Shown here: in pieces, positions 48,274 to 57,258 of the stretch | Layout: every line of letters starts with the position of its first letter | Numbering within the stretch: position 1 is the stretch's first letter | Notes under the pieces: model-generated | Databases searched by the model: none | What the model was told of the DNA's origin: nothing | Seen by the model: the letters and a program-made list of their open reading frames with translations, nothing else | Position numbers and translations under genes: made by a program | Assembly (NCBI GenBank): GCA_051872655.1 | Contig: JBJEEB010000021.1 | Coordinates: forward strand, 66,535-130,534 | Direction: 5' to 3' | Length of the DNA stretch: 64,000 bases | Origin: Bacilli bacterium | GTDB taxonomy: Bacteria > Bacillota_I > Bacilli_A > RF39 > UBA660

Positions 48274-49611
48274 ATGAATTATGCAAGATGGTCTACTAAA
48301 GAAGAATTATTAAAAGTTCTTAAGGAAATAGACATTAATTCTAGTATTCAAAAATCAGGAATACCAATGTGTTATGATAAGAATAAAATATATATAAAGG
48401 ATGATAATTCACATACTCTTGTTATTGGTGCTCCTGGTAGTGGTAAAACACAAGCTGTTATGTTACCACAAGTAAAATTAGCTATTAAAGCTAATGAATC
48501 ATTTTTTATAAATGATGTTAAGGGTGAAATTTTAGAAAAGGTTGGAGGTGAACTTAAAAAGCAAAATTATAATATTATTGTTTTAGATTATGCTAATTTA
48601 GAAAAAGGTAATCATTATAATATATTAGATTTTCCTTATTATTTATATGCTAATAATAATAAAGATAAAGCTATTCAGATGCTTGAAGAAATTGGTTTTT
48701 ACTTACTTCATGATAGTAATGATACTTCTGATATCTTCTGGGAGAATACTGCGATTGAATATTTTATTGGATTAGTACTATATTTATTTGATCATGCTAA
48801 GAAAGAAGAAATTAACTTAAATAGTGTATTTGCTTTATCAAGTCAAATTAATGATAATAATAATGAAAAAGTTATTAATAATTTAGATAAGAACTCTAGT
48901 ACTTATCAGTATTTGGCTAATACTTTAACTGCTCCTCTTGAGACTAAACATGGTATTGTTGTTACATTTAGTCAAAGAATAAAAACATTTATTACTAAAG
49001 AAAATCTATCTAGTATGATGTCTATATCTGACTTTGATATTACAAATATTGATAAAGAAAAAACTGCTATATTTGTTATAAGTGGTATTTCTAATTATGC
49101 TAATACTTTAATATCTATATTATTAGAACAAATCTTCTATAGTATTCAAATGTATGATAATAAAGATAATAGATTTAATTTAATTATTGATGAATTTGAT
49201 AGTTTAATGCCTATTAAAGACTTCTATGGTAAATTAAATTATGCTAGAGGTATTAATATTAGAGTTACTGCTTTTATTAAGAATCTTACTAATTTAAACA
49301 ATATTTATGGTAATAAAAATAAGGATTTAATTAGAATGTGTTTTGATAATATTATTTATCTTCTAGCTAATGACTTATATACTCTTGAAGAAATTAGTAA
49401 ACTTTGTGGAGACACTGGAAGAGGTCCTCTTATTTCTATTGAAGAATTAAAGACTATGGATTACTTTAATGAAATTATTTTAATGCCTAGAATGATGCCT
49501 ATTAAAACTAAGATTAAACCTGATTATGAAATAGAATGGAATATGGATAAATCTATTATTGATGTTCCTAAACTTAGCATAGAAAAAGCTAATATATTTA
49601 ATTTGAAATAA
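48274..49611 (+). CDS. soluble TraG/TraD/VirD4-like (type IV coupling protein-like) P-loop ATPase
   Basis: ATG at 48274 after AGGAGG. Walker A VIGAPGSGKTQAVMLP, DVKGEI, NYNIIVLD..HYNIL, and Walker B LIIDEFDSL. It has no N-terminal TM. Confidence 0.6.
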   Translation: MNYARWSTKEELLKVLKEIDINSSIQKSGIPMCYDKNKIYIKDDNSHTLVIGAPGSGKTQAVMLPQVKLAIKANESFFINDVKGEILEKVGGELKKQNYNIIVLDYANLEKGNHYNILDFPYYLYANNNKDKAIQMLEEIGFYLLHDSNDTSDIFWENTAIEYFIGLVLYLFDHAKKEEINLNSVFALSSQINDNNNEKVINNLDKNSSTYQYLANTLTAPLETKHGIVVTFSQRIKTFITKENLSSMMSISDFDITNIDKEKTAIFVISGISNYANTLISILLEQIFYSIQMYDNKDNRFNLIIDEFDSLMPIKDFYGKLNYARGINIRVTAFIKNLTNLNNIYGNKNKDLIRMCFDNIIYLLANDLYTLEEISKLCGDTGRGPLISIEELKTMDYFNEIILMPRMMPIKTKIKPDYEIEWNMDKSIIDVPKLSIEKANIFNLK

Positions 49612-49659
49612 AAAATATTTCCCAGAATTATTTCCCGGGAAATATTTTTTATTTCAAAT
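49601..49659. terminator. bidirectional terminator: 23-bp perfect inverted repeat containing the TTCCCGGGAA-type palindrome (P1)
   Basis: ATTTGAAATAAAAAATATTTCCC (49601-49623) is the exact reverse complement of 49637-49659. The two arms include the stop codons of both convergent genes. The inner 16-bp palindrome TATTTCCCGGGAAATA lies at 49629-49644. Confidence 0.8.
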
Positions 49660-50033
49660 TAATAATAACTATTATCATATGCCATTGCCATTCCTAGTAT
49701 TGAATTAATTACTGTAACTACTAGAAAAACTATTGATAATATTAATCCTACTGTTGCTTTTGTTTTATTTGTTTTTGACTTTGATCCTTTTGAACTAAAT
49801 ACTATTCCACATATTGTTACTGGATAACCAAATAATGGAATGAACCAAGCTGCTATTGAAACAAGTCCTAGAATGAAACCTGTCACTGCATGTTTGTCTG
49901 AAGAGTCATTATTATTTGATGAAGAATTTACTTGTCTCTGAACAGTATTATTTTTTATTGCTACACCACACTTCAAACATATTACTTGTTCTTCATTTAG
50001 TTCTGCTCCACAGTTACTACAAAATTTAGCCAT
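49659..50033 (-). CDS. zinc-ribbon membrane protein (DUF4190-like C-terminus)
   Basis: MAKFCSNCGAELNEEQVICLKCG followed by two TMs. The N-terminus is near-identical to the ORF at 16823. Confidence 0.7.
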   Translation of the reverse strand: MAKFCSNCGAELNEEQVICLKCGVAIKNNTVQRQVNSSSNNNDSSDKHAVTGFILGLVSIAAWFIPLFGYPVTICGIVFSSKGSKSKTNKTKATVGLILSIVFLVVTVINSILGMAMAYDNSYY

Positions 50034-50323
50034 AGTTACCTCCTTATCTAGTTAAATTATATCATTTAATATCTATTTTAACAATTGTTTTTGAATATTT
50101 GTAAATGATTTGAAATAAAAAATCTAAAATAATCAAATCAATATGATATAATAACTTATGAATAGATATTGTAATGATATGAATGCTAGAAAATATAATA
50201 AAGAAACTTTTACTAAAGGTATGTATGATATATTTGATAAAGACGAGGTTGATAATCACAAAATCATTGGTATAGGTTTTGAATTATTATAAACTATTTT
50301 AAAATATTTATTATATAAACTTT

Positions 50324-50407
50324 AATATGAAGACTATTTATAGGCTTCATATTATTCATTAAAGACCTTAGGCTTTAATGATAGTGAGAGACTATAGGCT
50401 CGAACTA
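50324..50407 (+). repeat. three-hairpin module, copy 4
   Basis: h1 is aatatgaag|actatttatagg|cttcatatt. h2 is cattaaag|accttagg|ctttaatg. h3 is tagt-ga-gag|actatagg|ctc-ga-acta. Confidence 0.85.
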
Positions 50408-50435
50408 ATAAATTATTTCCCGGGAAATAATTTAT
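50408..50435. repeat. 28-bp perfect palindrome AtaAATTATTTCCCGGGAAATAATTtaT (P2)
   Basis: Checked base by base: 50408-50421 is the reverse complement of 50422-50435. It abuts module copy 4. Confidence 0.85.
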
Positions 50436-50515
50436 AAATAGAAAATAATATATAAAGACTTTATTTTAAGTCTTTTTTTTAGTATAATTAGTATATAGAA
50501 AGACTTGGTGATATT

Positions 50516-53101
50516 ATGAAAAAAATAGTTCTGGTAGATGGTAATAATTTATTATTTAGAAGTTATTATGCTACTGCCTATACTGGAAATATAATGAGAA
50601 ATAAAGAAGGTTTTCCTACTAATGGATTATATGGATTTGTTAATATGATTAATAAAATTATATCAGAAGAGAAACCTGAGTATATGATGGTAGCTTTTGA
50701 TATTGGTAAAACATTTAGACATGAAAAATATGAAAGATATAAAGATGGTAGAAAAGAAACTCCAGAGGACTTAAAATTGCAATTTCCAGTAGCTAAGAAA
50801 ATACTTACTGCTATGGGGATTAAATATTTAGAGTGTACTGGATATGAAGCTGATGATATTATTGGTACAGTATCTAAATGGACAGAAAATGATCTTGAAT
50901 ATGAAGCTTTAATTGTAAGTAGTGATAAAGATTTATTACAATTAATTAGTGATGAAACTATAGTTAAACTTCTTAAAACTAAAGATTATATTATGATGGA
51001 TAAGAATACTTTTAGAGAAACTTATGGTTTTGATCCAATTAAAATGATTGATTTAAAGGCATTAATGGGAGATGCTTCAGATAATATACCTGGTGTTAAA
51101 GGTATTGGTGAAAAAGGTGCTATTAAACTTTTATGTGAATATGGTTCTTTAGATGGTATATATGAGAATATTGACAAAATTAGTGGTGCTACTAAAATTA
51201 AATTAATAGATGGTAAAGATGATGCTTATTATAGTAGGGATTTAGTTACTATATATAGAGATGTACCTCTTGATATTACTTTTGATGATTTGTTATATAA
51301 AAAAGAAAATACTGATGAACTTATTGATATTTATAATGACTTAGGTTTTTATTCTTTACTTAGAAAGATGGATACTAATAATAATGATAAAGATGAAGAA
51401 AAAGATGTAAAAGATAATTTTAAAATTATTAGTGATATTAATGATATTGTGATAGATGAAGATACTGCTATATACTTAGATACTACAATTGGTAATTATC
51501 ATGATGTAGATATTATTGGTATTTCTTTATATAATAAAAAATATTCTTGCTATATTCCTTATGATATATTTAAAAATAATACTAATATTTTAAATACTAA
51601 CTATAATTTATATACTTATGATTATAAAAAGTTAATTGTAGTATTTAATAGATATGGTATTAAAATACCTAATATTAGTTTTGATACTATGATTAGTGCT
51701 TATTTACTTAACTATGAAACTAAAGATGATATTTGTTATTTAGCAAGTAAAATGAATTATAGTATTCCAAGTTATGATAAAAAAGAAATTGTTTCTGAGG
51801 AAGAAAGATGTAATAGAGCTATTCTTAAAGCTAAGTTTATATATAGTACTAAAGATAAATTATATGAAGAAATGAAGAAAGAAGATAATATATATCTATT
51901 TGAAAGTATTGAAATGCCTCTTGCTAAAATTCTTGCTAATATGGAAATAGAAGGTATTAGAGTTGATAAAAATATTTTAAAAGATATGGGAGAGGAAATT
52001 AAAATTAAACTTGAATTAATTACTAAAGACATTTATAATTATGCTGGGGAAGAATTTAATATTAATTCTCCTAAAAAGTTGGGTGAGATATTATTTGATA
52101 AATTAAAATTACCTGGTGCTAAAAAGAATAAGACTGGTTATGTTACTGATGTTGATGTACTAAAGAAACTTACTGATTATCCTATAGTTAATAAAATTTT
52201 AGAGTATAGAGCTCTTGCTAAGTTATATTCTACTTATATTGATGGTATTATTAATACTATAAGAGAGGATGGTAAAATACATACTATTTATACTCAAACT
52301 CTTACTAGAACAGGAAGATTATCTTCAATAGAACCTAACTTACAGAATATTCCTATGAGAAGTGAATATGGTAGACTTATTAGAAAAGCATTTTTACCAG
52401 AAGAAAATAGTATTATTATGTCTTCAGATTATTCACAAATTGAACTTAGAGTATTTGCTCATTTATCTGGAGTAAATGACTTAATTAATGCTTTTAATGA
52501 AGGAATAGATATTCATACTAAGACTGCTATGGACATTTTTAAGGTACCTATGGAAGGTGTTACAAAGAATATGAGAAGACAAGCTAAAGCCGTTAATTTT
52601 GGTATTTTATATGGAATTAGTAGTTATGGCTTGTCTGAAGATCTTGGTATTACTGTTAAAGAAGCTAAAGAGTTTATTAATAAGTATTTTGAAACATATC
52701 CTGGAGTTAAAGATTATATGAATAATGAAATAGAAGAGGCAAAAAAGAATGGTTATGTTAAGACGATAATGAATAGAAAGAGGGTTATTGAGGAATTAAA
52801 AAGTTCTAATTATATGGTTAGAAGTATGGGTGAAAGAATGGCACTTAATACTCCTGTTCAAGGATCAGCTTCGGATATACTAAAGAAAGCTATGGTAGAA
52901 ATTGATAATAGATTTGAAAAGGAAAATATCAAGAGTAAGATGTTACTTCAAGTACATGATGAACTTATATTTAATGTATATAAAGATGAATTAGATAGAG
53001 TTAAAAATATTGTATATGATACTATGACAAAAGTATTTGATTTAAAGGTACCATTAGATGTAGATATTGAAGTGGGAAATAATTGGTATGAAGCAAAATA
53101 G
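50516..53101 (+). CDS. polA: DNA polymerase I
   Basis: 5' nuclease domain (LVDGNNLLFRSYYA, GDASDNIPGVKGIGEKGA) and polymerase motifs (DYSQIELRVFAH, RRQAKAVNFGILYG, QVHDEL). Confidence 0.96.
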   Translation: MKKIVLVDGNNLLFRSYYATAYTGNIMRNKEGFPTNGLYGFVNMINKIISEEKPEYMMVAFDIGKTFRHEKYERYKDGRKETPEDLKLQFPVAKKILTAMGIKYLECTGYEADDIIGTVSKWTENDLEYEALIVSSDKDLLQLISDETIVKLLKTKDYIMMDKNTFRETYGFDPIKMIDLKALMGDASDNIPGVKGIGEKGAIKLLCEYGSLDGIYENIDKISGATKIKLIDGKDDAYYSRDLVTIYRDVPLDITFDDLLYKKENTDELIDIYNDLGFYSLLRKMDTNNNDKDEEKDVKDNFKIISDINDIVIDEDTAIYLDTTIGNYHDVDIIGISLYNKKYSCYIPYDIFKNNTNILNTNYNLYTYDYKKLIVVFNRYGIKIPNISFDTMISAYLLNYETKDDICYLASKMNYSIPSYDKKEIVSEEERCNRAILKAKFIYSTKDKLYEEMKKEDNIYLFESIEMPLAKILANMEIEGIRVDKNILKDMGEEIKIKLELITKDIYNYAGEEFNINSPKKLGEILFDKLKLPGAKKNKTGYVTDVDVLKKLTDYPIVNKILEYRALAKLYSTYIDGIINTIREDGKIHTIYTQTLTRTGRLSSIEPNLQNIPMRSEYGRLIRKAFLPEENSIIMSSDYSQIELRVFAHLSGVNDLINAFNEGIDIHTKTAMDIFKVPMEGVTKNMRRQAKAVNFGILYGISSYGLSEDLGITVKEAKEFINKYFETYPGVKDYMNNEIEEAKKNGYVKTIMNRKRVIEELKSSNYMVRSMGERMALNTPVQGSASDILKKAMVEIDNRFEKENIKSKMLLQVHDELIFNVYKDELDRVKNIVYDTMTKVFDLKVPLDVDIEVGNNWYEAK

Positions 53102-53106
53102 ATAAT

Positions 53107-53144
53107 AAAATTATTTCCCGGGAAATAATTTTGGGAAATAATTT
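53107..53144. terminator. 26-bp perfect palindrome AAAATTATTTCCCGGGAAATAATTTT (P3) plus an extra half-site; likely the polA terminator
   Basis: The palindrome spans 53107-53132. GGGAAATAATTT is repeated in tandem at 53133-53144. Confidence 0.7.
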
Positions 53145-53162
53145 GATAGTGAGGTGATGTAT

Positions 53163-53984
53163 ATGCCAGAATTACCTGAAGTAGAAACTGTTAAAGAATC
53201 ACTTAAGCCTAGGCTAGTTGGAAGAAAAATTAAAAGTGTTAATATTTTATGGGATAATATTATTGCTTATCCTAGTAAAGAAAAGTTTATTAAAGATATT
53301 AATGATAAAATTATAATTGATATTAAAAGAAGAGGTAAATTTTTATTATTTGATTTAGATGAATATTATCTTTTATCACATCTTAGAATGGAAGGTAAAT
53401 ATTTCTTTAAAAATCATGATGATGAAATTAATAAACATGAACATGTTATTTTTAACTTGGATAATGAACAAGAATTAAGATATATGGATACAAGGAAATT
53501 TGGTAAAATGTATCTTATAAAAAAAGAAGATATTAATAATATTGGTCCTTTAAAAGATTTGGGTTTGGAACCTTGGGATGATAATCTTAATAGTGATTAT
53601 TTACTTAATAAATACAAAAATAAAAGACTTCCTATTAAGACTGTACTTTTAGATCAGAGTATTATCGTAGGTATTGGTAATATTTATGCTGATGAGATTT
53701 TATTTCTATGCAAGATTAATCCTTTAAAAAAGTGTAATTTACTTAGTGGAAAGGAATGCACTAATATTGTTAAATATACTAGAGAAGTATTAGAAAAAGC
53801 TATTAAGTTAGGTGGATCTACGATTAGAACTTATAGTTCTGTAGATGGTGTACATGGATTATTTCAAAATGAACTTCTTGTTCATGGTAAAGATAAAGGT
53901 ACTTGTCCTAATTGTAATAATAAAATAGAAAAAATTAGGGTAGGTGGAAGAGGTACTTATTACTGCCCTAAATGTCAGAAATAA
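53163..53984 (+). CDS. mutM: formamidopyrimidine-DNA glycosylase
   Basis: ATG at 53163 gives the obligatory MPELPEVE N-terminus. The C-terminal zinc finger is CPNC..CPKC. polA-mutM synteny. Confidence 0.93.
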   Translation: MPELPEVETVKESLKPRLVGRKIKSVNILWDNIIAYPSKEKFIKDINDKIIIDIKRRGKFLLFDLDEYYLLSHLRMEGKYFFKNHDDEINKHEHVIFNLDNEQELRYMDTRKFGKMYLIKKEDINNIGPLKDLGLEPWDDNLNSDYLLNKYKNKRLPIKTVLLDQSIIVGIGNIYADEILFLCKINPLKKCNLLSGKECTNIVKYTREVLEKAIKLGGSTIRTYSSVDGVHGLFQNELLVHGKDKGTCPNCNNKIEKIRVGGRGTYYCPKCQK

Positions 53985-54091
53985 TATATTGACAATTATT
54001 TTACATATATTTTGTAACCTATTTGGTTACATTTTTCTTTTTTTATTGACTTTATTATATTTATTATGATAATTTAAAGTTGGTGAAATTT

Positions 54092-54499
54092 ATGAATGAT
54101 GAGATGTTTAGATTATCTTTAATTGATATTACTAATAATGATTTACTTAATGATTTTGTAAATAATATATTTGGTTATGATTTTGATTTAAAAAATGAAG
54201 AATATGTTTATATTCAATATAAAATTGTATCTGAAAATATTGTTCTTAATATTTATGATAATAAAAATAGTAATAGATTTAAAGCTTATATATTTACTTT
54301 AAATAATATTAATAGTGATAATAATTCTATTTATATAAATGTTAATGATGAATATAATAAGTATAAGAATGGTAGTAAAAATAATTTATGTTTATTATCT
54401 AGTTTACTTGTTAGTAAAGATAATAATGAAAAAAAAGAGATTATTGAATCTCTATTTAGTGGTAAAATTAAAGATATATTTATTCATTATTTTCTTTAA
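54092..54499 (+). CDS. hypothetical protein
   Basis: ATG at 54092 after GGTGAA. Asn-rich, with no recognisable family. Confidence 0.4.
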   Translation: MNDEMFRLSLIDITNNDLLNDFVNNIFGYDFDLKNEEYVYIQYKIVSENIVLNIYDNKNSNRFKAYIFTLNNINSDNNSIYINVNDEYNKYKNGSKNNLCLLSSLLVSKDNNEKKEIIESLFSGKIKDIFIHYFL

Positions 54500-55622
54500 T
54501 TATTGGTTTTATCTGATATTCTCTTTTAATAAGAGAATAGTCTGTAACTAATGAATATATTTTGGTTATTCTAAGTTCTATATCTAATGTTTTAGATATA
54601 TTTTTTTTATAACTCGTTATTAATGGTAATTTGATATCTTTTTTTATTTTATTTAAATATTTCTTTCCTTTTAAATTAAAACCTAGTACTCTTATATAAT
54701 CTATATTTAGATTAGAGGCTTCTTCTTTGGTAAAACTAGTTAAGATATGTAGAAGCATTCTTGATATTTTATTATAAGTATATCTTTTTGTTTTAATATT
54801 TTGAATTAATTCTTCATAAGTATTGGACAAGTTTATACTTTTTATTATTCTTGATTCAATTCCTTCATCTACTGTTTGATATTTATTTATTTTGCTATCT
54901 TCAGATAATACTTTATATTTTAATATTTGTAGATAATTATCCATACTTACTTTATATAAATACTTCTTATCAAATGGTATTAAGTTATTAATATTTTTAT
55001 TATTTAGATATAATTTTCTTATATTAGATGCTGATGTAATATTATCTACTATTTCTTCTCCATGATATGATGTTTTTCTTTTTATATTAAGGTACTTTAT
55101 ATTGTATTTATGTTCTTTTATTTGTTTTATATATGATAGTGCTAATAAATCATTTGGAGTATCTACTTTTACATTAGTTATATCTTCAAGTGCTTTATTA
55201 GTAGCAGTTGCATAGTTTAATCCTTTACCTAGATATTCTTTTACTTTTTTTTGATATTCTATATTATTTATTTGGATATCTGCGAGTAATTCTAAGTCTT
55301 TAATATTATCTCTTTCTGTTCCAAATACTAGGGTATCTATTTTTAGATTATTTAGTATTTCTATGGCTCCTTTAGCAAATATATCAGAAGACTGAGTAGC
55401 ATATACAAAAGGAAGTTCTATTACTAAATCAATACCATTATCTAAGGCTATTTTTGTTTTATCCCATTTATTTAATAGTGATATATCTCCTCTTTGAGTA
55501 AATGATGAAGAAATTACTGAAATTATAATACTATTAGGATATATTTCTTTTATTTTGTTTATTTGATATAAATGTCCTAAATGAAATGGATTATATTCTG
55601 CGATTAAACCTATTATATGCAT
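54480..55622 (-). CDS. tmcAL: tRNA(Met) cytidine acetate ligase TmcAL (YlbM/UPF0348)
   Basis: GLIAEYNPFHLGHLYQ nucleotidyltransferase motif, with family-typical length. Confidence 0.8.
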   Translation of the reverse strand: MHIIGLIAEYNPFHLGHLYQINKIKEIYPNSIIISVISSSFTQRGDISLLNKWDKTKIALDNGIDLVIELPFVYATQSSDIFAKGAIEILNNLKIDTLVFGTERDNIKDLELLADIQINNIEYQKKVKEYLGKGLNYATATNKALEDITNVKVDTPNDLLALSYIKQIKEHKYNIKYLNIKRKTSYHGEEIVDNITSASNIRKLYLNNKNINNLIPFDKKYLYKVSMDNYLQILKYKVLSEDSKINKYQTVDEGIESRIIKSINLSNTYEELIQNIKTKRYTYNKISRMLLHILTSFTKEEASNLNIDYIRVLGFNLKGKKYLNKIKKDIKLPLITSYKKNISKTLDIELRITKIYSLVTDYSLIKREYQIKPIIKENNE

Positions 55623-55730
55623 ATTTATCACCGGTTATATAATATCATAATTATTTAAATAATGCAAAGATTTGTTAAATATATAAATGTATGATATAAT
55701 ACACTTGTATTTTGAAGTGAGGTTGTTTTT

Positions 55731-57239
55731 ATGTATTTGATTAATATTATTAATTCAATAGGAGAACATTATTTAGAATGGAGAAAAGTATATAATGTCA
55801 TTGGTAGTATTTTAGCTATACTAATGGCATATAAAACTTTATATTGGTTCATAGGAATATTTTTTACTAGAAAGTTTAAACCTGCTAAAAATAATCATAA
55901 ATATGCTATTCTAATTGCTGCGAGAAATGAAAAAAATGTTATTGGCAATTTACTTGATAGTATTAATAAACAAGATTATCCTAGTGATCTTATAACTACT
56001 TTTGTAGTAGCGGATAATTGTACTGATAATACTGCTGAAATTGCTAGAAAACATGGAGCAGTCTGCTACGAAAGATTTGATAATGAACACAGAACTAAGG
56101 GATTTGCTTTACAATATCTTTTAGAAAAAATTGAAGAAGATTATGGAAGAATGAGTTTTGAAGGATATTTTATATTTGATGCAGATAATTTATTAAAAAG
56201 TGATTATATTAGTAAAATGAATGATGCTTTTGATTCTGGTGAAAAAATTGTTACTTCTTATCGTAATACTAAAAATTTTGATGAAAATTGGATAGCTTCT
56301 ACTTATGCTATTCATTGGATTAGATCTATTAGATGTAATCATAGAGCTAGATCTGTACTTAGACTGGCCACTAATATACAAGGTACGGGTTTTTTATTTA
56401 CTAATGAGATAGTTAAAAATGGATGGCATTATACCTCTCTTACTGAGGATAGAGCACTTACTGCTGATGCTGTTGCACAAGGCTATAGAATTTCTTATCA
56501 AGATGAAGCAATGTTCTATGATGAACAACCTACTAGTTTGAAAGTTGCTTTAAGACAAAGAACTAGATGGGCTAAAGGACATTTACTTGCTTTCATTGAA
56601 TCTGGACCTTATTTATTTATTAATATTTTCTTTGGAAAATTATTTTTAAAAACTAAATGGAAAGATAATGAAAAAAAAGAAAAAAAGAAAAGTTTTAAAG
56701 ATATAATGTTATCGATACTTGAGTCTATTAGACATAGATTTGCTTCTTTTGATACATTAATGCAACTTACTCCTTTTTCTGTATTTAATCTTGCTAGATG
56801 GCTTATTGTAATTGTTATTATGTATGGTTGTTACTGCTATAACAATGGTATTAATGTTGTTAATTTATTCAGTGGTAGTACATATTTAGCTAAATTACTT
56901 GGAAATTTATTTAAAATTAAAATAGTTATGAATCCTGGTATTAATGCTTTATTTGTTGGAATGCTTATTTCTATTTGGTTTAGGTTATTATATAGGCTTG
57001 GTATGTATATTCAAAATATGTGGGTGGCTATTTATGTATTTATTGTTGAAAGAAAGAATATTAAAAAGATTCCTTTTATGAAGAAAGTTTTATATACATT
57101 GACTTGGCCTACATTTGATATTATAGGTAGATATAGTACATATGCAGCATTATTTATGAAAGTTACTTGGAAACCTATTCCTCATGATAGTAAAGTTACT
57201 ATTGATGATATTAATAAAGATAAAGAAAAAAACTCTTAG
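55731..57239 (+). CDS. family 2 glycosyltransferase, membrane-integrated (processive type)
   Basis: IAARNEKNVIGNLLDSINKQDYP, FDADN and QRTRWAKG (QxxRW), with C-terminal TMs. Confidence 0.8.
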   Translation: MYLINIINSIGEHYLEWRKVYNVIGSILAILMAYKTLYWFIGIFFTRKFKPAKNNHKYAILIAARNEKNVIGNLLDSINKQDYPSDLITTFVVADNCTDNTAEIARKHGAVCYERFDNEHRTKGFALQYLLEKIEEDYGRMSFEGYFIFDADNLLKSDYISKMNDAFDSGEKIVTSYRNTKNFDENWIASTYAIHWIRSIRCNHRARSVLRLATNIQGTGFLFTNEIVKNGWHYTSLTEDRALTADAVAQGYRISYQDEAMFYDEQPTSLKVALRQRTRWAKGHLLAFIESGPYLFINIFFGKLFLKTKWKDNEKKEKKKSFKDIMLSILESIRHRFASFDTLMQLTPFSVFNLARWLIVIVIMYGCYCYNNGINVVNLFSGSTYLAKLLGNLFKIKIVMNPGINALFVGMLISIWFRLLYRLGMYIQNMWVAIYVFIVERKNIKKIPFMKKVLYTLTWPTFDIIGRYSTYAALFMKVTWKPIPHDSKVTIDDINKDKEKNS

Positions 57240-57258
57240 TTTTAGAACTAGAGTTTTT

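Noticed and set aside
47708-50033. An integrative conjugative element or prophage around the VirD4-like gene.
   Set aside because: There is no relaxase, VirB4, integrase, capsid or terminase gene, and no att-like direct repeats. Only the single ATPase and an HTH protein are present.
50158-50292. A 44-codon ORF (MNRYCNDMNARKYNKETFTKGMYDIFDKDEVDNHKIIGIGFELL) in the gap upstream of module copy 4.
   Set aside because: It has no Shine-Dalgarno sequence and no recognisable family. It may be a fragment of a lost gene.
6949-55631. Longer N-terminal extensions given by the ORF track. Affected genes: dnaE 6949, valS 13858, TM2 gene 16437, HdeD-like 19406, rmuC 20049, secA 28197, guaD 33224, ppaC 33738, sufU 42337, the T4CP-like gene 48217, mutM 53154, prsA-like 24720 and tmcAL 55631.
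   Set aside because: In each case an internal ATG preceded by a good GGAGG-type RBS gives the family-typical N-terminus, for example MPELPEVE for Fpg. The upstream extensions are hydrophobic or junk sequence, or they overlap neighbouring features.
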